In this document: piece by piece, positions 50,336-64,000 of the stretch
How the letters are laid out: each line of letters opens with the position of its first letter
How positions within the stretch are numbered: the stretch's first letter is position 1
From: Octopus vulgaris
Taxonomy: Eukaryota
Length of the DNA: 64,000 nt
NCBI GenBank assembly: GCA_951406725.2
Contig: OX597825.1
Coordinates: forward strand, 67,766,001-67,830,000
Direction of reading: 5' to 3'
Made by a program: the position numbers and the translations under genes
The notes under the pieces: model-generated
Told to the model about the DNA's origin: nothing
Seen by the model: only the letters and a program-made list of their open reading frames with translations
The model's database searches: none

Positions 50336-50888
50336 TTGGTAGTAGTGCTAGTATTAGTAATCTTTACAGCATTTACCTGGAGTACCTAGTCTTTTAGATC
50401 ACCTGTGTACTATACCCCAAACTTTATATATATGTGTGTGTCTGTCTGTGTGTGTGCGTGTGTGTGAGTGTACGTATGTTTGTACATATATGTATATACA
50501 TATATATATATATATGTGTGTGTGTATGTATATATATATATATATTGAGAGAGAGAGAAGGAGGGAGAGATATACAGATACATAAGCATTAATTTTTATA
50601 TATGCTACATACATGACTGTATGCGTATGAGTACGTGTGTGTATGTATATATATGTATGCATGTGTATATAGCCTGATGGATATTGTGAGATTGATATTT
50701 ATTTGAAAGGAGAATAAGTCTTCACATCTTGTGATCTCTATATATCGCAGAGAACATACGGATTTAAATTAATAATGCATCAAAGTATACACGAGGAAGC
50801 ACTTAAAACATTATATATGTTATACATCTACATACATACACACTTACATATATATACATACATATAGTAATACATGTGTATATATATA

Positions 50889-50935
<47 letters not shown>

Positions 50936-51569
50936 GAAGCGCACACATGCGTACATATATATGGAAATATATAAGCGTGTAAATATGTATGTATATATAT
51001 ATATATGTGCGTATATATATATATGTTTGTGTGTATATATATGTATGTGTGTATGTTCATATATATATATATATATATGCATGTATGTATATATATGTGT
51101 GTATATATATGTATGTGTATATATATATGTGTGTATATATATGTATGTGTATATGAGCGTATATATATATATATGCATGTATGTATGTATGTATGTATTT
51201 ATGTATGTATGTATGTATGTATGTATGTATGTATGTATGTATGTATGTATGTATGTATGTATGTGTGTTTGTATATATGCACTATGAGATATACTTAAAA
51301 TGCCTAACCTATTTTCCCGGAAAATAGATAGATGAATATCTCATATTTAAGATGTGAGCTCATGAACTGCTTTCAATAATTCATTCATTTGAATTCTGTT
51401 ATATTCAGTATGGTAAACGTTATTTACCAGCCACTGTATCTTTTCACTGTTTTGTCCCCCATCTCAAAAGGTAAATAAGCAAAGCTATGATGAAAAGTAC
51501 CCCATTCGCCACTAGATCGAGATAAAAGAAAAAGTGTTAATTACCTATATTCTGCCAAGGCCGCGAAAG

Positions 51570-52975
51570 CATTTTTGTCTTCCAAAGAACAACTGGAATC
51601 ACCCATCACAGACATGCGAATATGAGCGAGATATGATACGCTATGAGTTGTTTAAAAGAACTAAAGAAAAGAGAGAGTATAGTATGAAACATGACTAGCA
51701 TTAAACAGGATCCCCAATATTTAGATGTAAAGATACAGGTTTTACAATCAAGGACCTCGAGGCTGAAGCTTATTTCTGAGCTTGAGGTAATTTTCTTGGT
51801 GCAACATCGACAGGTGGCCAACACCGGTGGGATTCTCAGTAACATATGGTCAGATGTGGATCCCCACAAGTATAGCAATCTTCATGACTCCTTGAGAACA
51901 CCAAACGATCTCACACTTGTATTGACTTTGATATCATAGAGAATTGCAAAGTCTATGATCTTGCACTGTTTGTTTCTTCTGTCCTCTATAATCATATCTT
52001 GCCTTATTGCTTCAATAGTATGTAGTATGGTCAGTTTTTATGGGGCAAGCCTCATAAGATCCTGTAATTATTCTCTGTCACGACTTCTAATTCCTACTCA
52101 TAGCACTTTCCTGTTATTTCAAAGCCACACACTCGGCTACAAGCCCAATACACTCTTTTACCTATGCAGAGTCATATATGTACTTATATTCTTTTTGTGC
52201 TGCTTATAGGATTCACTCAAGAGATCATTGATGCTTTCGTCTACTTTTCTGCAGATTTTTCATTTGCTGTCTGACTGAGTTTTGTTGATCTTTGCTTTAT
52301 CAGACGCATCCTAATGGCTTGTTCATGACCGGCTATAATCATCACTTCGGTCTCTCATTTTAGTTTTCCGTCTTTACTTCCAACGTTCTCAGTTTGTGTC
52401 ATGAATTGGCCATGTAATCTTATTTCATTCCATTTTGCTTGTTCTATTGTTCTCCCATCCGTACTTGAATTCTCTCACTGTTTCAGTGCCATTTTGGTCT
52501 TCCCTAGTTGCCTATCGTATTCTTTCTTCACTCCGCACAGCATAATTTTTAAACCCCAATATCACAATATTAGCGGTGTATTCTGCATATTCTAATCCTC
52601 TACCACCACCCTTATTTGATGGGTATAGTCTGTCAGCACTGCTTTTAGGGTGTTGTGAGTTGTACAATATGAGTAACAATATGTAGCGAGCAACTTCCTA
52701 ATTCTTCTCTTGTACTCCTTAAAGACTTTCTCTCTTATTTCTCATTCTATTATCCTATCGTCTTGCAGCAACCCTTGTTATTTTATATCCTTCATTATTC
52801 CGCAGCGATCTAAGGTCGTCTTGTGGTCATTTTATACCATCTGAGTCTATCTTCCACCCTTTTTTTCATAATTTCCACTGCACAATTATTTACCCCCAAA
52901 CTGTATTCCAATATCCTTGCTGAAAGCAACAAAAGTTTGGATGAGAGAATCCAGATCATTTTCATTTTTTGGGGG
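51570..52975 (-). pseudogene. Degraded R4/Dong-like RLE non-LTR retrotransposon, 5'-truncated
   Basis: Minus strand in order: LDSLIQTFVAFSKDIGIQFG, HPKSSADRLYPSNKGGGRGL, WNEIRLHGQF, LK*ETEVMIIAGHEQAIR, IEAIRQDMIIEDRRNKQCKIIDFAILYD, VIPVV. Confidence 0.88.
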
Positions 52976-52997
52976 TGATATTTTCATTTTCTTTCTT

Positions 52998-53270
52998 TAA
53001 TTATTATTATTACAATATCATTAGTTTTGTTCAACACAGCAATTCAACTGGGAGACGCAACAAAGTGCCGGTTGTCCACGGTCAATGGACTAAGGTAACA
53101 CTCTTCATTCATGTTCTGAAAATTTTGTGGAGGATTCATGCGATTCCGAGCAACACTATTTTACATAGATTCTCTATCTTCACGTTTATTCGTATCATTT
53201 CACTCCAGATCGTGAACTTAATTGTAGTTCCCACAAATGGTTTCTACAGCAACAGGCACAACACTCCTCT
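52998..53270 (-). pseudogene. 3' end of a second R4/Dong-like copy with (TAA)n tail
   Basis: VVPVAV...ENLCKIVLLGIA*ILHKIFRT* (matches the QKxxLLGTAxILRxxL terminus), short 3' UTR, then taataataataat. Confidence 0.75.
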
Positions 53271-53439
53271 TAATCAGTGAAAATATCTATAATTTGAGCG
53301 GAATTACTTTTATTGTACGCTTTCAATGCATCAAGTTTATGTGCTGAGAATACATACAATGCGTTATAATTAATTTTTGCAGTGTATTTTACTGATTTGA
53401 AAGCATACTTAAATGTTTCGATGGCCGTTGAAATACAGA

Positions 53440-56160
<2,721 letters not shown>

Positions 56161-56561
56161 CCAATGAAAAGATAAAGAAAATTCCTTAGCACATCTTTAA
56201 TTATAAATTACAAATGTTTCCTACCATCTCCATTTTCCACCCCAGTTTACACGAAAACATTACGTAATATTTGCGGTTTTAGACTTTGGATAGACACTTC
56301 TTCAGACTTGCATCAAAGTCATGCTATTACATTGTGTGTCTATAAGACATTGTTGTTTGGAAAGTACCGGGACGAAATACAAAAGAAAACATTAAAATTG
56401 TGTATGCGGAATGGATCCGTGAAGATATTATGGAGGTAGGGTAATCAAGTGGGTGAATGCATATAAGTCTAGGAGGAGAAAGGGAAGAAGGGGGGAAAAA
56501 AGAATGGACGAAGCGAAAGAGAAGTAGAAAGAGGGGAAGAGGAAGGAAGATAAGAAAAATT

Positions 56562-56692
56562 AAAAGAAGAAGAAGAAAAAGAAGAAGAAGTAGAAGAAGT
56601 AGAAGAAGAAGAAGAAGAAGAAGAAGAAGAAGAAGAAGAAGAAGAAGAAGAAGAAGAAGAAGAAGAAGAAGAAGAAGAAGAAGAAGAAGAAA
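56562..56692. repeat. (GAA)n polypurine microsatellite
   Basis: Direct reading. Confidence 0.95.
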
Positions 56693-56834
56693 AACATTTA
56701 CCATATTTTTTACCGGACCATAGTTTCGAACTTTTAATTAGGAAAAAAAATAATTTGCTAGGCGAAGTTTTCATCAGTGGGTACGCCAAAAATTTACGTA
56801 TAATTATGCGACAAAATCGCACATGTCCCATCTT

Positions 56835-56867
<33 letters not shown>

Positions 56868-56914
56868 CTGTGTATGTGTCTGTGTCAGTGTGTGTGTGTG
56901 TGTGTGTGTATGTA

Positions 56915-57100
56915 TATAGTTGAAATTTACAGAAAAACAAAAGACGAAGACGTGTATAAACAACAAGAAAGTGTATTAGTTTGACGCTCAGGAAGGTGAC
57001 AAGTCTTTTACGTTTCGAGCCTATGCTCTTCAACAGAAAGGATCACGAGGGAATAAACAGAAAATAAAACAAGTGTATGGATTTAGCGGTCAATCATGGC
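56915..57100 (-). mobile_element. PLE pLTR-like short element with HHR-like motif (57005-57040)
   Basis: Minus strand CTTT CTGTTGA A GAGC atag GCTC GAAAC GTA AAAG: stem I CTTT/AAAG, stem II GAGC/GCTC, palindromic ACGT, GUA site, A6>U core. Confidence 0.72.
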
Positions 57101-57104
57101 TATG

Positions 57105-57135
<31 letters not shown>

Positions 57136-57163
57136 ATACATGTACTTACACATACACACTCAG

Positions 57164-57202
<39 letters not shown>

Positions 57203-57469
57203 TACGCACACACATACAGACACACACACATATGTACACCCATATACATACCTGCATATATATTCGCACACACATTAGTGGTAATTTAATTGGAGATTGG
57301 ACAGGGGTATTCCGAACTATATAAAATTGTACAGGGAAGGCAAAATTAAATAAAAAATGTGAAAGTACGGGCGAATTACGTATAGCTCTATCCATACACA
57401 CCTATACCCTCGCACATGCATGTATACAAATATACACAAACACAAGTATACACACACAAAGACACACAC

Positions 57470-57505
<36 letters not shown>

Positions 57506-57606
57506 AAAACAACTGTTTATATTTTTATCTGTGTGTGCGCGCGCGTGTTTTGTGTGTGTATACATATGTTATATCTGTGTGTGTATGTATGTATACTGTA
57601 CATATA

Positions 57607-58008
57607 CTCTTTACTCTTTTACTTGTTTCAGTCATTTGACTGCGGCCATGCTGGAGCACCACCTTTAGTCGACCAAATCGACCCCGGGACTTATTCTTTG
57701 TAAGCCCAGTACTTATTCTATCGGGCTCTTTTGCCGAACCGCTATGTGACGGGGACGTAAACACACCAGCATCGGTGGTCAAGCAATGCTAGGGGGACAA
57801 ACACAAACACACACACACACACATACATATATATATACATATATACGACAGGCTTCTTTCAGTTTCCGTCTACCAAATCCACTCACAAGGCATTGGTCGG
57901 CCCGGGGCTATAGCAGAAGACACTTGCCCAAGATGCCACGCAGTGGGACTGAACCCGGAAGCATGTGGTTGGTTAGCAAGCTACTTACCACACAGCCACT
58001 CCTGCGCC
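57607..58008 (-). mobile_element. SINE family A (young)
   Basis: Nearly identical reverse complement of 63287-63690. Confidence 0.92.
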
Positions 58009-58212
58009 TATGCATATTGTATATATATGTATATTGTATATATGTATGTTGTATATTGTAATGTAGTGGTTGACGATTTAAAGTCTATTCTCTGCATATT
58101 TCCATAGAAATCTTTTTCTTTTGCCCTTGTTTATAATTTTCAACTTTAAAGGTATTTTAATATGCTGGCCACTTTGAATTTTGGAGGGAAAAAATTTATC
58201 CTATATTAAAAG

Positions 58213-58255
<43 letters not shown>

Positions 58256-59074
58256 TATATATAGATATATATAATAATATATATATACATATATATATAT
58301 AACATATATACCCATATATATGCATATTTATATGGGGTGCTGTGTGTGTTAGTATATATAAGTCTGTATATGCTCTATGAGTAAATATATTTGTGCATAT
58401 GTCTGTATGCAGCCGCGTGTATGCATATATATAAATACAATCAAATAAATATAAATACATTCAAAGATATATTTATATATTTCTGTTTTGGCTGTGTGCG
58501 TTTGTATGTGTGTTTGTGTGTATGAATATGTGTTTGTGTGTTTGTATGTGTGTTTGTGTGTGTGTAGACATGACAAATGGTAAACTGTATCAATAAATTT
58601 AGTGCATGGATGATTAAAACACTCTTTAAAAATCAATATGCATCAAGAGCAACTAATATTATTTAATGATAGATATCTTTTATTTTGCTGAGCAATAATA
58701 CAGATCTAAATTACTCTCATGTTTTAACGTTATTCTACCTTCTTCATTGATACGTATCTGTCTCCGTTCTTGCCAAATTAAAGAAGAATGACTCAAGAAC
58801 GAAGGTGTAATTATATTATTTTGATATAGCTTAGCACTAATCTGTCAAGGTTGCCGAATTGTTAGCGTGTCGGACAAAATGCTTTGCTGTATTTATTTCT
58901 TATGTTCAAACTATGATGAGGTTCAATTTTCGTTTTGTGGTTGATAACATAAGTACCAGTTGATCACTGGGATCGAAGTAGTCGACTATCTCATTCTCCC
59001 AAAATTTCATGCCTTTTGCATATATTACAAAGGTTAATTTTGACATTGCAATTTTGTTTAACAAAGTGCTTGCT

Positions 59075-59338
59075 GCCCACAGCCAGTGGACTAAGAGATA
59101 ACACCTTTCATTCATATTTTGAGAACTTTGCTGAAAATTTCCTGGCTTTAAGGGTCTCGCAAAAAGCCTGGTTGGAGGCCCAACTTTCAGAGTTCTTTTA
59201 CAGGGCTTAGAAAAACTGAAGGACCGTTGCAATAAGTGTGTGACTCTGAGATGGAAATATGTTCAATAAAATCATAAATAATGATCCTCCTGTATTTTCT
59301 TTCACCCAAAGCCAAGAACATTTCAGCACCCCCTTGTA
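59075..59338 (+). pseudogene. Mariner transposase C-terminal remnant with 3' TIR
   Basis: KAWLEAQLSEFF / GLEKLKDRCNKCVTLRWKYVQ* (one frameshift) followed by gccaagaacatttcagcacccccttgTA. Confidence 0.75.
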
Positions 59339-59629
59339 TGTGCCGCGAATACACGCAGTACAGTTTGATTAATTTATAACACATCATATACCCACAGACA
59401 TCTATAGAGAATTTAACCACAGGTTATATGACTGATTCTCATTCAGTCATTCACGGACAAACTTCAACCTCTGATTCACAGCCGCGCTGTTTTGTCTTTC
59501 TGCTTTTTCTGTTGTGACTATAATGGTCTGGTGATTAGTGTGTTGCACCTATGTGTGTCAGCAGAAGTTATTGTGAAAATGACGGCGAATTGAAATTCCA
59601 AAACTCATTCTTTGGCGCCACGAGTAATA

Positions 59630-60750
59630 ACGATTTCAAATTTTAGCACAAGATCTGAAATTTTAGAGGAAGGGTTGAAACGATTACATCGACTCCCTTG
59701 ATTAAGTGTACTTATTTCATCGACCCCCAAATAGATAAAAGGCAAAGTCAGCTTCGGTGGAATTTGAAAAGAAAGAGCCAGAAGATATACTCTGAGCATT
59801 TTATCCGACGCGCTAACGATTCTAAAACCTCGCCGCATTAGGCGAGATGACTGATAATGATAATAATTTCAAATTTTTCCCCAAGGGCAGCAATTGTAGG
59901 GGAGGAGATAACATCCACCCCAGTCTTCAACTAGTAATTATTTTATCGACCCCGAAAGAATGAAAGGCAAAGTCGACCTCGGCAGAATTTGAACTCAGAA
60001 CAGAGCGACAGACGAGATTGTTTGTTCCTTCTCAATCCCTGCCTGGCTCATAGGGCCGGTTTCCCGGTTTCCTTCGCGTATAGGTTCCCCACTTGGACAG
60101 AACGCCGGTCAGTCGCAGATGAGTTGCAAGATGCAGGAGAAAAGAGTGAGAGAAAGTTGTGGCGAAAGAGTCAGCAGAAGTTCGCCATTACCTTCTGCCG
60201 GAGCCGCGTGGAGCTTAGGTGTTTCGCTCATAAACACACACATCGCCCGGTCTGAGATTCGATCCCACGATCCCTCGACTGCGAGTCAACTGCTCTAACC
60301 ACAAGGCCATGTGCCTCCACGACGGGCGAAATACCTATTTCTTTATTGCCCACAAGGGGCTAAACACAGAAGGGACAAACAAGGACAGACAAAGAGATTA
60401 AGTCGATTAGATCGACCCCAGTGCGTAACTGGTACTTATTTAATCGACCCCGAAAGGCTGAAAGGCAAAGACGACTTCGGCGGAATTTGAACTCAGAACG
60501 TAACGGCAGATGAAATACCTATTTCTTTACCACCCACAAGGGGCTAAACACAGAGAGGACAAACAAGAACAGACAAAAGGATTAAGTCGATTATATCGAC
60601 CCCAGTGCGTAACTGGTACTTATCTAATCGACCCCGAAAGGATGATAGGCAAAGTCGACCTCGGCGGAATTTGAACTCAGAGCGTAACGGCTGACGAAAT
60701 ACCACTAAGCATTTCTCCCGGCGTGCTAACGAATCTGCCAGCTCGCCACC
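59630..60750 (-). mobile_element. SINE B multimer and older copies, with a nested SINE C (60018-60320)
   Basis: Head at ~60748; gaaatacc|tatttc junctions at ~60520 and ~60335; family C copy inserted next to a junction; older monomer at 59630-59837. Confidence 0.85.
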
Positions 60751-61837
60751 TTAAGAGTAATAATAATAATAATGTACAACTGTATATACACAAAGAATAC
60801 ACAACACTCACACACAATCACACATATACACACATACCCACACACACACACACCCACACATACAGAAATACGCAGACACATAGAGAGGGAGAGGAAGAGA
60901 ATGATAGCGATTCGTGTCTATGCAAGCGGTTTTTTTTTTTATCATACGTATTGAAAACACAACACTGTCCTAGTTTCGCCTGTTAATATTTTTTATCGTT
61001 TTCTTCTTTTTTTTTCTATAATTTCGAGTTCCTTTTCCATTCGTTTGGAAAAGTAAAATCCCCTAAATCTACCGTCAATATTTCAGACTTTCACACACTC
61101 ACTATCAGAGTATGAAAAGTTATTGGCGTGTATAACTGCCGCTTTCACGGTTGACTAATACGAATTTGTGTAGACTTTTCTGTCTGTTTTATGGCAACGT
61201 TATCTCCAGAAATAGATTATTATTGACAGTTAGATTTATACACTATCAGTTATATGTCTGTTTAGTTTATGACGTTAGTTCTTTGTCTCTGCCATTATTT
61301 AGCACTGCTCTGCGTTATGAGTAACGCTTGCATCATTCCTCACATTTTAGTAAGGAATTATTTTATAGTATACATGTGTTGTCCACAATTTTCTTCTTAA
61401 GACTTGCGTCGTTAAGCATACTTTAGTATGGAATTATAATACACATGTGATGTCGCCTAATGTTTTCTTAATGTTTGTATCATTAATCATATTTTAGTAG
61501 GGACTTGTTTAATAGTGTATATGCGTTGTACGCTAGTACTTTCTTCTCTTGCTTACTATTGGATGAATAATGTTTCTCTGTAGATAGTTAAAGAGGGTGC
61601 TAAGACACCAGTGAAATCTCAACAGAGGGGAAAATTATCCAGTTGATATCTACTTTTCTCCTCACAAATGTGTTGACTATGAATCAAAATATCTAGTCTA
61701 GATTAAAATTAATAGCTTTATGCCGGAGTATGTAATAGCACTGAAACTAAACATGGTTAATGCACTAGTACTATATATATGTGTGTAAGTGTGTCTGTGC
61801 ATTTGTATGTATGTGTGTGTATATATATATATTTATA

Positions 61838-62290
61838 TATAAAATACAAAATGGGACAAGAACGCAAAACATCCGGAAAAATAGGTGATACAAAAAGAGA
61901 CAATAAAACATCATATAGACGATACAAAGAAAACAAGGACGGGTCATTCGAAGTTTTCTACCTTCAGTCAAGAACCAGATTATCCTCGCAATTTCGGCTG
62001 ATTATTTTTGAGATTGCTCCAATCTGGCCAGCCCCAAGGGAAAACTAAGCTATGAGCATTAGATTCCTTAGAAGAAATCAGCGAATGTATACAAAAACAA
62101 GAACGGAAAATACGGACAATATTACACAAATATAAATACAATAAAAATAATAACAGGAGATGACAACAGGTGTCTTTCGACTAAGGACGAATTGAATTAA
62201 GCTGGCGCGTGTGGAAATGAAGCCTAACGGCAGAGATACAAAGATTTCACAAACACAGGGAAGTAGTATCAAAGCATGAGAATTGCTTCC
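61838..62290 (-). mobile_element. Family X repeat, longest copy
   Basis: Reverse complement of 23140-23510; ends in (TA)n. Confidence 0.8.
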
Positions 62291-62375
62291 CTTCTATAGC
62301 TCCTTTCATCAACTTCTGGATATGTGCAGGCTGTTTGTGTATGTGTGTGTGCGTGTATTTGCATGTACGCACACA

Positions 62376-62425
<50 letters not shown>

Positions 62426-62958
62426 TTATATAAACATATATTTACGTGCACTGAGTGTGTGTTTATATGACACAATGTTACACATTTGCAGTTTACCAAA
62501 TTCTACTCACAAAGCATTTATCAACCTGCCTGAAGCTATGGTAGAAGACCATTTCCAAAATGTCCCACGCAGCGAATTTAAATCTGTAGCTGGAATATTT
62601 GGCAAACACTAACTTACTCCCGAGAAATTGAACTCGGATTCAATTCAAAATCAACTAAATAACGCGAACGCGATTCACTTAATAATTAATGACATCATTA
62701 AGAAGCTGACCACTCAGGCACCTAGTAAAGCAAGATCTCATTAACAATTCCATCTTTTGGCAACGTTTTCTGTTTGAAATAAATAACTATAAACAGGACA
62801 TTCTCTTCCCACTGAAAAGTAGTTGTGGCGTACGCTTAAAAACAGCATCAAAAGCAATGGAAGACGACAACTACGCAGCTAAACCAGCTACTTGCTAAAT
62901 TCATAGTGACGGTTACAACAAAATCTTGTAGTAATTTTGAATAATCTAACTTCGTGAA

Positions 62959-63262
62959 GGAGGCGCAATGGCCCAGTGGTTAGAGCAGTGGACTAGCGGT
63001 CGGAGAATTGCGGTTTCGATTCCCAGACCGAGCGTTGTGTGTGTTTATTGAGCGAAAACACCTTAAGCTCCACGAGGCTCCGGCGGGGGAGTGGCGACCC
63101 CTGTTGTACTCTTTCGCCCTAACTTTCTCTCACTCTCTCTTCCTGTTTCTTGAGTAACGCTGCGATGGACTGGCGTCCCGTCCAACTGGCGTCCAACACA
63201 TACGTCACTGTAACTGGGAAACCGGGCCTATGAGCCTGGCTAGGCTTGAAAAGGGCGCATAA
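62959..63262 (+). mobile_element. SINE family C
   Basis: tRNA-like head and the same tail as 24263. Confidence 0.9.
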
Positions 63263-63286
63263 ATAAAATAAAATAACATCGTAATA

Positions 63287-63690
63287 GGCGCAGGAGTGGC
63301 TGTGTGGTAAGTAGCTTGCTAACCAACCACATGGTTCCGGGTTCAGTCCCACTGCGTGGCACCTTGGCCAAGTGTCTTCTGCTATAGCCCCGGGCCGACC
63401 AATGCCTTGTGAGTGGATTTGGTAGACGGAAACTGAAAGAAGCCTGTCGTATATATATATATATATATATGTGTATGTGTGTTTGTGTGTGTGTGTTTGT
63501 CCCCCTAGCATTGCTTGACAACCGATGCTGGTGTGTTTACGTCCCCGTCACTTAGCGGTTCGGCAAAAGAGATCGATAGAATAAGTACTGGGCTTACAAA
63601 GAATAAGTCCCGGGGTCGATTTGCTCGACTAAAGGCGGTGCTCCAGCATGGCCGCAGTCAAATGACTGAAACAAGTAAAAGAGAGAAAAG
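63287..63690 (+). mobile_element. SINE family A (young)
   Basis: Full head, CORE-like motif, internal microsatellite and tail. Confidence 0.92.
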
Positions 63691-64000
63691 AGTATCGTGT
63701 AAGCAGCTTTTCTCTGTTGTTAGTTGTAGGTAGAGTTAATGCAGTTTTTTAACGGAAAAAGATCAATATCTTGGTATTTAAAATTCCAACAGAAGTTGTG
63801 CTCTTTTCATTGATATTGAACCAATCGAACTCATCACAATGGTGACACACATACAAAAACATTCCTTATCCTTACAATCACTAACGCCGAATGAACTCTA
63901 CGCAGTGTTCGTGACCCCAATACATTCTACTTCCAATACACTGACAAGGTGTCAGCCGAACAAACACGTGATTGAGTAGTAAACTTCTTAACCAGACTGC

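Larger units (their letters stand above)
48460..50425 (-). mobile_element. 5'-truncated Naiad-type Penelope-like retroelement (linker, GIY-YIG, 3' region, HHR)
   Basis: GIY-YIG coding frame upstream, HHR near the 3' end, (TA)n at both ends. Confidence 0.85.

Noticed and set aside
56255-56315. Minus-strand CTGAAGAAG...AAAAC hammerhead-like trace
   Set aside because: Too degenerate; stems do not form.

Overview
AT-rich, repeat-saturated animal genomic DNA with no intact host gene that I can support. The SINE families and microsatellite load suggest an octopus or other cephalopod (inference). Nearly all listed ORFs are microsatellite or SINE artefacts. Recognisable content: (1) three abundant SINE families, labelled A, B and C here; family B forms head-plus-184-bp concatemers with a fixed junction; (2) decayed autonomous elements: a Helitron Pif1 helicase fragment, mariner remnants and a MITE, an RTE LINE, R4/Dong-like RLE LINEs, and a Naiad-type Penelope-like element (PLE) with a full GIY-YIG domain and a UGA at a conserved Cys; (3) the most notable signal, a set of short elements, mostly in (TA)n and often fold-back, that carry minimal type I hammerhead-ribozyme (HHR) motifs. 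These HHRs show C3-G8, U3-A8 and G3-C8 covariation and palindromic stem III. One fold-back element with a 13-bp TSD fuses a tRNA-like Pol III head to an HHR-bearing PLE-type tail, making it a candidate Penelope-mobilised SINE. All alignments, translations and folds were done by eye; boundaries are approximate unless a TSD or TIR fixes them.
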